NCBI GenBank assembly: GCA_902578305.1
Contig: CACHCK010000003.1
Span: 66,492 to 130,491, forward strand
From: an uncultured Pelagibacteraceae bacterium
GTDB taxonomy: Bacteria; Pseudomonadota; Alphaproteobacteria; Pelagibacterales; AG-422-B15
Reading direction: 5' to 3'
DNA: 64,000 nt
Numbering within the stretch: the first letter of the stretch is position 1; each line of letters opens with the position of its first letter. This document shows, in pieces, positions 40,582 through 52,043 of this stretch. Position numbers and translations under genes: made by a program. The notes under the pieces were generated by a model that worked only from the letters and a program-made list of their open reading frames with translations, was not told where the DNA came from and did no database searches.

Positions 40582-42245
40582 GCAAAGGTGACAGATTAGT
40601 ATTTCTGCCTTTAGGAGGCACTGGTGAAATTGGGATGAACATGAATCTCTATGGATGCGGTAAAGAGATTGATGACATGAAATGGCTAATTGTTGATGTT
40701 GGTATCACATTTGGGGATGAGACCACACCAGGTGTAGATATCATTTTACCTGACCATGATTTTATAAAGGAAAGAAAAGATAATTTATCTGGAATTATAA
40801 TAACTCATGCTCATGAAGATCATGTTGGAGGTCTTGCATATCTATGGCCAGATTTAAAATGTCCTATTTATGCTACCCCATTTACAGCTTCAATAATAAG
40901 ACTAAAATTTGAAGAAAGAGGACTAAATCATGAGGGGTATTTGAATGTAATAGATCTGTCTTCTGAGATACAAATAAAACCCTTTGATATAAAATTTCAA
41001 ACTCTCACGCACTCAATACCAGAGCCAAATTCACTTATCATAAAAACAAAGCTAGGGAATATATATCATACTGGTGATTGGAAAATTGATGATGATCCAG
41101 TTGTAGGAAAAGCTATTGACTTTAAAGAACTCAAATCAAACACTAAAGATATTCTTGCAATGGTTTGCGATTCAACAAACGTCTTAACAAAAGGAAGGTC
41201 CGGATCAGAGTCAGAAGTTAAAAATAATTTAACTGAAGTTATAAAAGGTATAAAGAAAAGAGTTTTTGTAACATCTTTTGCTTCAAATGTAGCAAGACTT
41301 GAAACAATTGCCCACGCTGCAAAGGAAACAAATAGATCGTTAGTCGTGTTAGGGAGATCTATGCATCGCATGATAAGTGTCGCAAGGCAAAATGGTATTC
41401 TTAATGATATAGATGTTATCTTATCTGAAAAGGAAGCAGTAAAAAAAAAGAGGGAAGAAGTTTTGTACCTTTGTACAGGCAGTCAAGGTGAACCAAGAGG
41501 CGCAATGATGCGAATCGCAAATCAAGATTTCCCTCATGTTGATATTGATTTAGATGATACTATTATTTTTTCATCAAAAATTATCCCTGGCAATGAGAAG
41601 AAAATTTTCCAATTGTTTAATCGACTCTCAGAGTTAGGTGCAAATGTTATAACTGAGTATGATGAAAATATACATGTCTCGGGTCATCCATGCTTAGATG
41701 AAATGGTTGATATGTATGAACATATTAAACCCGTAATTTCAGTTCCAGTTCACGGTGAACACAGACACTTAAAAAGACATTCAAATCTTGCGAGGGAAAT
41801 GGGTGTTAAGTTTCCAATGCTAATTTCTAATGGAGATATATTGCAAATTGCCCCTGGATCGCCATACGTGGTTGATCAGTGTGACTCAGGCAGACAGTAC
41901 TTTGATGGAAATAGATTAGTAAAAAGTGAAAGCAGTCATATTAAAGATAGAAAAAGAATGGCTTACAATGGCGTATTGAATGTTACATGTATAATTGATC
42001 AAAAAATGAATTTAAAAGAAAATCCATTGATTGTTAGTAGTGGCATAGTAAGCGATCAGGAATATGAGAATGATGAGATGGTATATTTATTAGAAGAGGA
42101 AATTTATAAATTTTTTGAGGATAAGACAAATTTATCAAAAAAAGAAAAAAAACTATATCAAAAGCTTGAGACATTATCGCGAAATTTTGTTTTCAAGCAT
42201 ACTCGTAAAAAACCTTTGACAAACATAAGTATTGTTCATATTTAA
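40578..42245 (+). CDS. rnj: Ribonuclease J
   Basis: LGGTGEIGMN, THAHEDHVG, HTGDWK, CTGSQGE, HVSGH. Confidence 0.95.
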   Translation: MSKGDRLVFLPLGGTGEIGMNMNLYGCGKEIDDMKWLIVDVGITFGDETTPGVDIILPDHDFIKERKDNLSGIIITHAHEDHVGGLAYLWPDLKCPIYATPFTASIIRLKFEERGLNHEGYLNVIDLSSEIQIKPFDIKFQTLTHSIPEPNSLIIKTKLGNIYHTGDWKIDDDPVVGKAIDFKELKSNTKDILAMVCDSTNVLTKGRSGSESEVKNNLTEVIKGIKKRVFVTSFASNVARLETIAHAAKETNRSLVVLGRSMHRMISVARQNGILNDIDVILSEKEAVKKKREEVLYLCTGSQGEPRGAMMRIANQDFPHVDIDLDDTIIFSSKIIPGNEKKIFQLFNRLSELGANVITEYDENIHVSGHPCLDEMVDMYEHIKPVISVPVHGEHRHLKRHSNLAREMGVKFPMLISNGDILQIAPGSPYVVDQCDSGRQYFDGNRLVKSESSHIKDRKRMAYNGVLNVTCIIDQKMNLKENPLIVSSGIVSDQEYENDEMVYLLEEEIYKFFEDKTNLSKKEKKLYQKLETLSRNFVFKHTRKKPLTNISIVHI

Positions 42246-42250
42246 TTAGT

Positions 42251-42655
42251 ATGATTGGTAAATTAAATCACATTGCTATTGCGGTACCAAATATAAAAGA
42301 AGCCGCTGAACAATATAAAAACATTTTTGGTGCAAAGGTTTCTGATCCTGTTGAACAACCCGATCATGGCGTAACAACAGTATTTATAGATTTAGGTAAT
42401 ACTAAAATAGAATTGCTAGAGGTTCTAGGTGAGGGGTCTCCAATTCAAAACTTCATTGATAAAAATCCAAAAGGTGGAATGCATCATATTTGCCTAGAAG
42501 TGAATGACATTGATACTGCTATAGATAAATTGAATACTCATGAAGTATCAATAACTGGAACTGGTAAGCCAAAAATTGGTGCGCACGGCAAACCAGTAGT
42601 TTTTCTTCATCCAAAAAGCTGTAACGGAACACTCATAGAGTTAGAAGAAGTATAA
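42251..42655 (+). CDS. mce: Methylmalonyl-CoA epimerase
   Basis: LNHIAIAV, KIELLE, GGMHHIC, FLHPK...GTLIELE. Confidence 0.94.
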   Translation: MIGKLNHIAIAVPNIKEAAEQYKNIFGAKVSDPVEQPDHGVTTVFIDLGNTKIELLEVLGEGSPIQNFIDKNPKGGMHHICLEVNDIDTAIDKLNTHEVSITGTGKPKIGAHGKPVVFLHPKSCNGTLIELEEV

Positions 42656-42656
42656 T

Positions 42657-42926
42657 TTGGGTATAACTGGCTCAATTATCATTTTTTTATTAATTTGGTG
42701 GTTAATTTTTTTCATATCACTCCCAATTAATATAAAAAAAAGCAGGTCAGGAAACTATATAGAAGGGGAAGATCCTGGAGCACCTAATAATCCACAATTA
42801 TTTAGAAAATTCTTAATTACAACAGTTGTCTCAATAGTCATCTGGTTTATCATATATAGTTTTCTAAATAATGAAGGCTTTCTGATGTATATCTTAAAGC
42901 TTTTTTACATAAATGAAGTTATCTAA
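42657..42926 (+). CDS. DUF1467-like membrane protein
   Basis: [10 protein letters not shown]...G-x-DPGAP motif; sits between mce and proS as in other alphaproteobacteria; TTG start. Confidence 0.78.
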   Translation: MGITGSIIIFLLIWWLIFFISLPINIKKSRSGNYIEGEDPGAPNNPQLFRKFLITTVVSIVIWFIIYSFLNNEGFLMYILKLFYINEVI

Positions 42927-44238
42927 TTATTTTCTACCTGTATTAAAAGAGTCTCCAAGTGAAGCAGAAATTATTTCTCATAAACTCATGCTGCGCTCTG
43001 GTATGATCAGTCAATCAAGTTCTGGGATTTACTCTTGGCTGCCTCTTGGGTTAAAGGTTTTAAAAAAAATCGAAAATATCGTAAGAGATGAACAGAATAA
43101 GGCGGGAGTTAACGAAATACTAATGCCAACTATTCAACCCGCAGATTTATGGAAAGAAAGTGGACGATATGAAGATTATGGAAAAGAAATGTTAAGAATT
43201 AATGATCGTCAAGAAAGAGAAATGCTTTATGGCCCGACAAACGAAGAGCAAATAACAGATATATTTAGAAGAAATGTTAAATCCTATAAAGAGCTTCCAA
43301 TGCTGCTTTACCATATACAGTGGAAATTTAGAGATGAATTAAGACCAAGATTTGGAGTAATGAGAGGTAGGGAATTCTTAATGAAAGATGCTTACTCTTT
43401 CGATATTGATGCAGCGTCATCAGAAGATACTTATAATCGTTTTTTTATTTGTTATTTAAAAACATTTGCAAGATTAGGTCTCAAAGCAATACCTATGGCT
43501 GCTGATACAGGGCCCATTGGAGGAGATCTCTCGCATGAATTCATAATAATTTCTAATACTGGGGAAAGTGATATTTATTTTGATAATAATATACTAAATG
43601 AAGGAAATAAGATTTCTGACATTAGCTATGACGACGACTTAAAGTCAATTGTTGAAAAATTTAAAAGTTATTATTCTGCTTCAGATGAGAAACATGACCA
43701 GGCTAAATTTGATGAAATAGTTCAAAAAGAAAAACAAATGAATTCAAAAGGAATTGAAGTGGGGCACATATTCCATTTTGGAACAAAATATTCAAATTCA
43801 ATGAAGGCAAATGTTTTAGATTCTGATGGAAAAGAAAAAACGGTACACATGGGATCATATGGAATAGGAATTTCACGTCTAGTGGGCGCTATAATAGAAT
43901 CCTCCCATGATGAAAGTGGAATAATTTGGCCTGATGCAGTGTCACCATTTACACTTGGTGTTATAAACTTGAAAGCAAAAGATGATGAAGTCTCCTCAAT
44001 TGCTAATAAAATATACAATCAAATTAATGAGAAATCTGAAGTTTTATTTGATGATAAAAATGATAACGCAGGGGTAAAATTTTCTAGAATGGATTTAATT
44101 GGCTTACCGCATCAAATTATAATAGGAAGCAAAGCTGTGTCTCAGAATATAGTTGAGTATAAAAATAGAAAAAGTGGAGAAACAGAATTCATTAACCTAG
44201 ATAAATTAGGTAAGTTTCTAAAAGAAATGAACGTTTAA
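42913..44238 (+). CDS. proS: Proline-tRNA ligase, short alphaproteobacterial form without an editing domain
   Basis: [42 protein letters not shown]; 441 aa. Confidence 0.97.
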   Translation: MKLSNYFLPVLKESPSEAEIISHKLMLRSGMISQSSSGIYSWLPLGLKVLKKIENIVRDEQNKAGVNEILMPTIQPADLWKESGRYEDYGKEMLRINDRQEREMLYGPTNEEQITDIFRRNVKSYKELPMLLYHIQWKFRDELRPRFGVMRGREFLMKDAYSFDIDAASSEDTYNRFFICYLKTFARLGLKAIPMAADTGPIGGDLSHEFIIISNTGESDIYFDNNILNEGNKISDISYDDDLKSIVEKFKSYYSASDEKHDQAKFDEIVQKEKQMNSKGIEVGHIFHFGTKYSNSMKANVLDSDGKEKTVHMGSYGIGISRLVGAIIESSHDESGIIWPDAVSPFTLGVINLKAKDDEVSSIANKIYNQINEKSEVLFDDKNDNAGVKFSRMDLIGLPHQIIIGSKAVSQNIVEYKNRKSGETEFINLDKLGKFLKEMNV

Positions 44239-44243
44239 ATAAA

Positions 44244-45467
44244 GTGCCATTTAATTATTTTGAGAGATTTATAGCTTTTAGGTACCTTGTTCCTTTGAGA
44301 AAAGGCGGGTTGTTATCAGTCATTTCATGGCTTTCATTTATTGGGATATGTATTGGCGTTGCAACATTAATAATTGTAATGTCTGTAATGAATGGTTTTC
44401 ATGATGAACTAAAAAAAAGAATTATTGGTTTCAATGGCCATATTTATATTAAAAATATAGAGCCATACTTTGAGAATGATGAAAGCCTTTCTGAAATTAA
44501 GGAAATATTATTTATTGATAGAAATATATCTATTCAAGCCTTAATAAGTTCAGCTAATAAGAGTAATGGAATAGTTATCAAATCGATCAATGATGAGAAT
44601 ATTAAATTTTATGAATTTATTGATAATCTAAATAATGATAATCTGCTTACTGCCAATTCAATAATATTAGGTGAAGAACTAGCTTTTTCTCTAGGTGTAT
44701 TACCTGGTGACGAAATAAAAGTCACTTCTTCTTCAATGATTTCTACTCCACTAGGTCAAATCCCAAGATCTCACAAAATGGCAGTATCGGCGACATTTAG
44801 TTCTGGTATGAGTGAATATGACAAAAATTTTGCATTTACTTCGCTTGCAAATGTTCAAAAACTTTTGAATCTCAATAATGAGATATCAACCATTGAGATA
44901 CATTTAAAAGATATCAATGATGTAGAAAAAGTTAAGAGTGATTTACTTATAATTTATAATGATAATTATTTTGTAAAAGATTGGATTGATTTAAATAGTT
45001 CTTTTTGGGAAGTGTTGGCAACGGAGCGTGAATTAATGTTCTTTGTATTATCACTTATTATCATAATTGCTGCATTTAATATTGTTACAAGCCTATTTAT
45101 TTTAGTGCAAAATAAAAATAGAGAAATAGCTGTACTCAAAACAATTGGTAGCAGTGATAGTTCAATTTTAAGAATATTTTTGCTAGTCGGCACTTTTATA
45201 GGGTTTAGTGGAACGATTATAGGCTCTATTCTTGGAATACTTTTTACAATAAATATTGATACTATAAGAAATTTACTAAATTCAACATTCAATTTAAATT
45301 TATTTCCATCTGAGTTTTATTATCTTGATAAAATGCCAACAAGTATTGATTTGACACAAATAATATTAATAATTTTCTTTTCATTAATTATATCAATAAT
45401 AGCGACTGTATATCCAGCCTATAAAGCTTCTAAGACAGAAATTAGAGGAATATTAAATAATGTCTGA
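44244..45467 (+). CDS. lolE: Lipoprotein-releasing ABC transporter permease (LolC/E type)
   Basis: AFRYL, VMSVMNGF, IAAFNI, EIAVLKTIG, YPAYKAS. Confidence 0.9.
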   Translation: MPFNYFERFIAFRYLVPLRKGGLLSVISWLSFIGICIGVATLIIVMSVMNGFHDELKKRIIGFNGHIYIKNIEPYFENDESLSEIKEILFIDRNISIQALISSANKSNGIVIKSINDENIKFYEFIDNLNNDNLLTANSIILGEELAFSLGVLPGDEIKVTSSSMISTPLGQIPRSHKMAVSATFSSGMSEYDKNFAFTSLANVQKLLNLNNEISTIEIHLKDINDVEKVKSDLLIIYNDNYFVKDWIDLNSSFWEVLATERELMFFVLSLIIIIAAFNIVTSLFILVQNKNREIAVLKTIGSSDSSILRIFLLVGTFIGFSGTIIGSILGILFTINIDTIRNLLNSTFNLNLFPSEFYYLDKMPTSIDLTQIILIIFFSLIISIIATVYPAYKASKTEIRGILNNV

Positions 45468-46116
45468 TTCAAATCTAATTTTAAAAAATATTTCAAAATC
45501 TTACCGTCAAGCTAATAATAGCTTATCTATTTTAAAAAATATTTCTCTAGAAGTTAAAAGTGGTGATTTAATTGCAGTTACAGGTCCCTCAGGTTCAGGA
45601 AAAACTACACTACTTAACTTAGTAGGTTTACTCGATACATCCGACGAAGGTACTATCTCATTTAATGGTAAGGATCTTACGAATATAAATAGTGAGCAGA
45701 AGAATAAATTTAGAAGGAATAATTATGGATTTATTTATCAAAACTATAACTTATTGGAAAATTTTAATGCAATAGAAAATGTTGCATTGCCGCTAATCTT
45801 AAATGGATACAGTAAGAATGAAGCGATACAAAGGGCAGAAAATATGATGAAGGTATTTATGATTGATGATAGATCTTTACATTTTCCAAATTCATTGTCA
45901 GGGGGGGAGCAGCAAAGAGTGGCAATATCAAGGGCTTTAGTAAATAATCCAAAATTTATAATTGCCGATGAGCCAACTGGCAATTTAGACAGTAAAAATT
46001 CTGATTTGGTTTTTAACTATTTAAAAAACTATGTCGAATCAGAAAATATGACACTAATTATAGCTACTCATGATGAGGATTTGGCATCTAAGGCAAATAA
46101 AAGGATAAATTTATAA
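45460..46116 (+). CDS. lolD: Lipoprotein-releasing ABC transporter ATPase
   Basis: GPSGSGKT, LSGGEQQRVAI, ADEPTGNLD, ATHD. Confidence 0.93.
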   Translation: MSDSNLILKNISKSYRQANNSLSILKNISLEVKSGDLIAVTGPSGSGKTTLLNLVGLLDTSDEGTISFNGKDLTNINSEQKNKFRRNNYGFIYQNYNLLENFNAIENVALPLILNGYSKNEAIQRAENMMKVFMIDDRSLHFPNSLSGGEQQRVAISRALVNNPKFIIADEPTGNLDSKNSDLVFNYLKNYVESENMTLIIATHDEDLASKANKRINL

Positions 46117-49100
46117 GTGAGCGATTTTATTCATTTAACAAATAAAACAGAATATTCATTATCAGAAGGTGCTTTACCTATAGCGCGTATATCAGAACTT
46201 TGTCAGGCCTTTAAAATGCCGGCTGTAGGCATTACTGACACGAATAATATGTTTGGAGCTTTGGAATTTAGTGAGAAAGTATCAAGTGTTGGAGTTCAGC
46301 CTATAATAGGATGTAATTTAAAAATCAAAACACCTAAAAATTATCTTCATGAAAATATTGAAGAAGAAGATATTCATTTCTTTCTTAATATATTTTCTAA
46401 AAATGAGGTTGGGTATAAGAATTTATTAAATATTATTTCAAGCGCTTACATGAATCATAAAGAAAATGCTTATGTAGATATTGAACAGTTGTATAAAAAT
46501 AAAGAAGGCCTATTAGTCCTTTCAGGTGGAAATAACTCTATCTTAAAATATTCAAGTGGTAACAACATTACTTCACAATCTGCTTCATTTGTATCTGATT
46601 TTAAAAAAGAATTTATTGATAATTTTTATATTGAAATTCAGAGAATTGAAGGAAATGATTATAGAATTGATGAGGAAGTAATTCTTAACTTGGCTTACGA
46701 TAATAATATTCCAGTTGTTGCAACTAACGATGTTTACTTTGAGGGGCCTGATCATTTTGAAGCACATGATGCTCTGATGTGTATTGAAAAAAAACTTTTT
46801 GTTTCTCAAAAAGATAGAAAAAAGCTATCAAAAAATCACTATTTTAAGTCTCAAAACGAAATGCAAGAAATGTTTTCAGATATTCCAGAAGCATTATTTA
46901 ACACAGTTGAGATTGCGCAAAGATGCTCTCATAGACCTAAAATAAAAATGCCAGTACTTCCATCTTACGATAATGACGATAGTAAAGAAAAAGAATTATT
47001 AAGAGAGCTATCTCATAAAGGCCTTGAACAAAATCTCACTCAAAAATTTATGAATGAACAAATAGACAACAATTCAAAATTAGACATAAAAAAGGAATAT
47101 GAGGAAAGATTAGAAAAAGAGTTAAAAATAATTATAGATATGAAATATGAAGGATATTTTTTAATTGTCTCGGATTTTATAAGATGGGCAAAAGATAATG
47201 ATATACCGGTTGGTCCTGGAAGAGGGTCTGGGGCAGGTTCCCTGGTTGCTTGGTGTTTAAAAATTACTGATCTAGATCCAATTAAATTTGGTTTAATTTT
47301 TGAGAGATTTTTAAATCCAGAGAGAATTTCTTTGCCTGATTTTGATATCGATTTTTGTCGTGATGGTAGAGATCGTGTACTTGATTATGTACATAAAAAG
47401 TATGGGAATAACCATGTTGCTCAGATAATTACTTTTGGAAAATTACAAGCTCGAGCAGTTATTAGAGATGTAGGTAGAGTTCTTGGCATTCCATATGGTC
47501 AGGTAGATTATCTTTGTAAATTGATGCCTTTCGATCCTTCAAGACCTATGACACTGCAACAATACATTGATGAAGAGCCGCGATTAAAAGAGGAGGCAAG
47601 TAAAGATGATAAAATCGCTAAGTTATTAGATATATCTCTGAAATTAGAAGGTCTCAAAAGACATGCATCAATTCATGCAGCTGGGGTAGTAATTTCAAAA
47701 GAGGAAGTGTTCAAAGATGTCCCAATATACAGTGATCCAGACTCAAATATTTTTTTAACACAATTTGATATGAAATGGGTTGAAAATGCAGGTTTAGTAA
47801 AATTTGATTTTTTAGGTCTCAAGACACTAACGCTAATTGATAATTGTACAAAATTGGTGAAGTTAAGTAATCCTGATTTTAATATTGATAACATTAAATT
47901 AAATGATCAAGAAACTTATGATTTGTTAAGTACTGGTGAAACAACAGGTATTTTCCAGTTAGAGAGTGCGGGCATGAAGGATACTCTTAAGCAGCTTCAA
48001 CCAGATAAATTTGAAGATATTATTGCTATCGTTGCGCTTTATAGACCTGGTCCTATGGCCAATATTCCAAGCTATATAGAAAGAAAGCATGGTAGAGAAA
48101 AACCTGACTACATTCATCCTTTATTAGAAGACTTATTAAAAGAAACTTATGGAGTCGTAATTTATCAAGAACAGGTTATGGGGGTAGCAAGAGAGCTATC
48201 AGGATACTCAGATGGTGAGGCAGATTTACTAAGAAGAGCAATGGGAAAAAAAATACAGAAGGAAATGAACGCTCAAAAACAAAGGTTTATAAATGGTTGT
48301 TTAAAAAAAGATATAAAGTTAAACGAAGCGCATACTATTTTTGAATTATTATCTAAATTTGCTGACTATGGTTTTAATAAAAGCCATGCTGCAGCATATG
48401 CTGTATTAGCATTTCAAACAGCCTATCTAAAAACTCATTATCCAATAGAGTTTTTTGCAGCTTCCATGTCATTAGATATTAACAATACAGATAAAATTTC
48501 TATATTTCAGCAGGAGTTGATGCGTCTAAAAATTAAACTTGTCCCACCTAGCGTTAATTACTCTGGGCCAAACTTTTTAAGAAGTAATGACTCAATTTTA
48601 TATGCGCTAGGAGCAATTAAAAATGTGGGTATTGAGTCTATGAAGGATCTGTATAATGAAAGAAACGAAAACGGTAATTTTCATGATCTCAACGATTTTA
48701 TAAATAGAAACAATACCTCAGTAATTAACAAAAAAACAATTGAAGCATTATCTTGCGCGGGAGCATTTGACGAGTTCAACGTAAGTAGAGCAGCCGTATT
48801 TAATCAAGCTTCAGAAATTGTAAAGTATCATAAGTCAAAAAATAGTAATTCCATAGATCTTCAAAAAGATATGTTCGGCGATATGAATATATCAAGTTTT
48901 AAATTAATGGAGGAAGAAGAGTGGAAGTCAAATTATAAATTAATGAAAGAATATGAGATGTTGGGTTTTTATTTATCGGGTCACCCTTTGTCGACGCACA
49001 AAAAAAACTATAAATCTTTAATGTTAAGAGAATATTCAGAAATCAAAAATAATTCAGAGCTGCATAATCAAAAAGATCTTCTTTTGGGCGGTACTTTGCT

Positions 49101-49578
49101 TTCTAAAAAAGAAAAGAGATCAGCTAGGGGTAATAATTATGCATTTTTAAATTTTTCTGACCTGTCATCAATTTTTGAACTTATTATATTTGAGAGTAAT
49201 CTAAGAAAATACCGTGAGCTACTTTTAGAAGGTGAGTCATTTGTTTTAGGTGTAGATTTTTCATCGGAGAATGGGAGTTTAAGAGGTGAGCTCAAAAAAG
49301 TATTTAGCTTCAACGAAGTTGAAAAGCTTAATATGACAAATGACATTAACAATAAAGAAAATGACAAACTAAATGACCAAACACTTATAATTTATGCTGA
49401 TAGAAGCTTTTCAAAGGATGAGTTAGCAAAATTAAATTGGGTTAAAGGGCGTAATAAAATAGAAATTATCATTAATAATCAACTACTTAAGATTCCTGGT
49501 GAATTCGATATTACCTCAGAGATGATTGATAAGATGAAAGGCCTTAATGGTGTAATGAAAATTGATTTTGTAGAATAA
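46117..49578 (+). CDS. dnaE: DNA polymerase III alpha subunit
   Basis: GPGRGSGAGS, FERFLNPERISLPDFDIDF, KFDFLGL, YGFNKSHAAAY, OB fold; 1153 aa, no intein-sized insert. Confidence 0.97.
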   Translation: MSDFIHLTNKTEYSLSEGALPIARISELCQAFKMPAVGITDTNNMFGALEFSEKVSSVGVQPIIGCNLKIKTPKNYLHENIEEEDIHFFLNIFSKNEVGYKNLLNIISSAYMNHKENAYVDIEQLYKNKEGLLVLSGGNNSILKYSSGNNITSQSASFVSDFKKEFIDNFYIEIQRIEGNDYRIDEEVILNLAYDNNIPVVATNDVYFEGPDHFEAHDALMCIEKKLFVSQKDRKKLSKNHYFKSQNEMQEMFSDIPEALFNTVEIAQRCSHRPKIKMPVLPSYDNDDSKEKELLRELSHKGLEQNLTQKFMNEQIDNNSKLDIKKEYEERLEKELKIIIDMKYEGYFLIVSDFIRWAKDNDIPVGPGRGSGAGSLVAWCLKITDLDPIKFGLIFERFLNPERISLPDFDIDFCRDGRDRVLDYVHKKYGNNHVAQIITFGKLQARAVIRDVGRVLGIPYGQVDYLCKLMPFDPSRPMTLQQYIDEEPRLKEEASKDDKIAKLLDISLKLEGLKRHASIHAAGVVISKEEVFKDVPIYSDPDSNIFLTQFDMKWVENAGLVKFDFLGLKTLTLIDNCTKLVKLSNPDFNIDNIKLNDQETYDLLSTGETTGIFQLESAGMKDTLKQLQPDKFEDIIAIVALYRPGPMANIPSYIERKHGREKPDYIHPLLEDLLKETYGVVIYQEQVMGVARELSGYSDGEADLLRRAMGKKIQKEMNAQKQRFINGCLKKDIKLNEAHTIFELLSKFADYGFNKSHAAAYAVLAFQTAYLKTHYPIEFFAASMSLDINNTDKISIFQQELMRLKIKLVPPSVNYSGPNFLRSNDSILYALGAIKNVGIESMKDLYNERNENGNFHDLNDFINRNNTSVINKKTIEALSCAGAFDEFNVSRAAVFNQASEIVKYHKSKNSNSIDLQKDMFGDMNISSFKLMEEEEWKSNYKLMKEYEMLGFYLSGHPLSTHKKNYKSLMLREYSEIKNNSELHNQKDLLLGGTLLSKKEKRSARGNNYAFLNFSDLSSIFELIIFESNLRKYRELLLEGESFVLGVDFSSENGSLRGELKKVFSFNEVEKLNMTNDINNKENDKLNDQTLIIYADRSFSKDELAKLNWVKGRNKIEIIINNQLLKIPGEFDITSEMIDKMKGLNGVMKIDFVE

Positions 49579-49623
49579 GTTGTTGTAAAGCTTGCGTATT
49601 TCATATAATTAATTTCAAAATAT

Positions 49624-49696
49624 CACACAGCGATAGCTAATGCTGTCCGGTCCTTAATCAGGTCAAATTGCTGTGGATGAACAACCGGAGAAAAAA
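49624..49696 (+). ncRNA. Structured rpsB 5' leader (putative S2 autoregulatory element)
   Basis: CACAGCGA(49626-33) pairs with TTGCTGTG(49668-75); inner TAGC/GCTG hairpin; loop TCCGGT(49646-51) is complementary to ACCGGA(49684-89) overlapping the SD; TATAAT at 49604-09. Confidence 0.65.
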
Positions 49697-50503
49697 ATGA
49701 CTATACCAAACATTAATTTAAAAGAGCTTGTTGAAGCTGGGGTTCATTTTGGCCACAAATCGCAAAGATGGAACCCAAAAATGCTTAAGTACATTCATAG
49801 TACAAGAGAAAACATTCATATAATTAATTTAAATTATACAGTTCAGATGCTAAGTGAAGCACTTAAAGTTATTGACGATGTGGTTTCAAAAGGAGGAAAG
49901 ATTTTATTTGTAGCTACGAAAAAACAAGCAGCAGGTAAAATTGCAACTCTAGCAAAGGAAACTAATCAGTTTTATGTGAATCACAGGTGGTTAGGTGGAA
50001 TGTTGACGAATTGGTCAACAATTACAAAATCAATAAAAAGAATGAAAGAACTTGAAGTACTTAAATCTAATCCTGACAATGAATTCACAAAGAAAGAAAT
50101 ATTAAAAATTACAAATCAACATGAAAAGTTAGTGAGGTCATTAAGTGGAATTAGTGAAATGAAAAAATCTCCCGACTTAGTATTTATTATTGATACTAAA
50201 CTAGAGCACATAGCTGTTTCTGAAGCAAATCTATTAAATTTACCAATTGTTGGAATTGTTGATACAAATTGTGATCCAGATAAGATAGATTACCCTATAC
50301 CAGGTAATGATGATTCACGTAGATCTATAGATTTATATTGTTCACTTATAAAAGAAACAATCAATGCATCTGCTAAAGAAATTGATTTTGAAATCAATTC
50401 TAATAATAAAGAAGAGATTTCTGAGCCCGATGTAAAAAATGTTAGTGATAATTCTAATAATAAGAATGTTTCTGACCCTGAGGACTCTAAGAATGACAGT
50501 TAG
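49697..50503 (+). CDS. rpsB: 30S ribosomal protein S2
   Basis: [31 protein letters not shown] at 49697 follows GGAG and is preferred over 49673. Confidence 0.97.
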   Translation: MTIPNINLKELVEAGVHFGHKSQRWNPKMLKYIHSTRENIHIINLNYTVQMLSEALKVIDDVVSKGGKILFVATKKQAAGKIATLAKETNQFYVNHRWLGGMLTNWSTITKSIKRMKELEVLKSNPDNEFTKKEILKITNQHEKLVRSLSGISEMKKSPDLVFIIDTKLEHIAVSEANLLNLPIVGIVDTNCDPDKIDYPIPGNDDSRRSIDLYCSLIKETINASAKEIDFEINSNNKEEISEPDVKNVSDNSNNKNVSDPEDSKNDS

Positions 50504-51320
50504 TGCAAAAGAAGTTCAAGAATTAAGAAAAATGTCTGGAGCAGGAATGATGGAGTGCAAGTCAGCTTTATCTGACTCAGGAGGCGACATTACCCAAGCA
50601 TTTAAATTATTAAGAGAAAAAGGAATTGCAAAAGCTGAGAAAAAATCTGGCAGAGACGCTAATGAAGGTCTAATTGGAGTCAGAGTTCAGTCAGAAAAAG
50701 CATCTATAATTGAAGTAAATTCAGAGACTGATTTTGTCTCTAGAAATTCGGAATTTCACAGTCTTGTGAACTCGATTTTGGATATATCTATTGACGACAA
50801 TGATAATACATTAGCTAGCAATGAAAATGTTGCCGAGCTAGTAAGTGCCGCTATAGGTAAGATTGGAGAAAATATAGTTCTAAGAAGATCAAGTCATCTC
50901 AGTGGAAACATTCACAGCTATGTTCATAACAGCGTAGGTCAAGGATTAGGCAAGATTGGTGTTCTTTTAAAATTAAATACGGATAGTGATCAAGTATCTG
51001 AAATAGGTAAAAACCTTTGCATGCATATTGCAGCTTTGAATCCTAAATCAATTTCCGAAAAAGACCTTAGCAATGAATTAGTAAGCGCAGAAAAAGAAAT
51101 AATAAAACAACAACTCAAAGATAGCGGCAAACCTGATAATATTCTTGAAAAAATGCTCGAAGGTAAATTAAAAAAGTTTTTTGAGGAAAACACATTACTA
51201 GGCCAAAAATTTGTAATTGACCCATCACTAAATGTTGAAGACTACATTAAGCAAAGCTCAGAAAAAAATAATTGTAAAATTTCTGTAGAACAATTTATTA
51301 GATACGAATTAGGCTCGTAA
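50493..51320 (+). CDS. tsf: Elongation factor Ts
   Basis: [38 protein letters not shown] at 50493 overlapping the rpsB end is preferred over 50439. Confidence 0.96.
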   Translation: MTVSAKEVQELRKMSGAGMMECKSALSDSGGDITQAFKLLREKGIAKAEKKSGRDANEGLIGVRVQSEKASIIEVNSETDFVSRNSEFHSLVNSILDISIDDNDNTLASNENVAELVSAAIGKIGENIVLRRSSHLSGNIHSYVHNSVGQGLGKIGVLLKLNTDSDQVSEIGKNLCMHIAALNPKSISEKDLSNELVSAEKEIIKQQLKDSGKPDNILEKMLEGKLKKFFEENTLLGQKFVIDPSLNVEDYIKQSSEKNNCKISVEQFIRYELGS

Positions 51321-51323
51321 AAC

Positions 51324-52043
51324 ATGCCCAAAAAAAAGATAAACCGGATATTAATTAAATTATCTGGTGAGTCCCTTATGGGCAATAACAAATTTGGAAT
51401 TGATTTAAATACCGTTAAACGGATTTCAAATGATTTGCTCTCATTAAAAAAATTAAAAGTACAAATATGTGTTGTAATTGGCGGTGGAAATATATTTAGA
51501 GGTTTAGCAGCTTCTGCAAAAGGCATGGATAGAGCTAATGCAGACTATATGGGTATGTTAGCCACAGTTATGAATAGTCTTGCTTTGCAAAATTCATTAG
51601 AAAAATTAAATGCTGAAACTAGGGTTATGTCTGCATTTCCGATACAGTCGATTTGTGAAACATACATCAGGAGAAGAGCAATAAGACATATGGAAAAAAA
51701 CAGAATTGTTATATGCGCAGCTGGAACTGGTAATCCATATTTTTCTACAGATACTGCTTCAGCTCTCAGGGCTGCAGAACTTGAATGTCAAGTTATATAT
51801 AAAGCTACACAAGTGGATGGTATCTACGATAAAGATCCGAATATATATAAGAAAGCAAAAAGACTTAAAAAAATATCATATATAAACTATTTGTCGAAGA
51901 ATCTTAAAGTTTTAGATAGTGCTGCAGTAAGTATTGCAAGAGATAATGAAATTCCTATAAAAATATTTTCAATTTTACAAAATAATTGTTTCAAAAACGT
52001 ATATAATAATAAACAACAATATTCTGAGATTAACAATGTTTGA
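51324..52043 (+). CDS. pyrH: UMP kinase
   Basis: IKLSGESL, GGGNIFRG, DYMGMLAT, GNPYFSTD. Confidence 0.97.
   Translation: MPKKKINRILIKLSGESLMGNNKFGIDLNTVKRISNDLLSLKKLKVQICVVIGGGNIFRGLAASAKGMDRANADYMGMLATVMNSLALQNSLEKLNAETRVMSAFPIQSICETYIRRRAIRHMEKNRIVICAAGTGNPYFSTDTASALRAAELECQVIYKATQVDGIYDKDPNIYKKAKRLKKISYINYLSKNLKVLDSAAVSIARDNEIPIKIFSILQNNCFKNVYNNKQQYSEINNV

Noticed and set aside
42913-44238. Short ProRS as a truncation
   Set aside because: The form lacking the editing domain is standard in alphaproteobacteria and all catalytic motifs are present
50395-50503. Repeats in the RpsB C-terminal tail (SNNK, KNVSD twice)
   Set aside because: Variable low-complexity acidic tails are normal for S2
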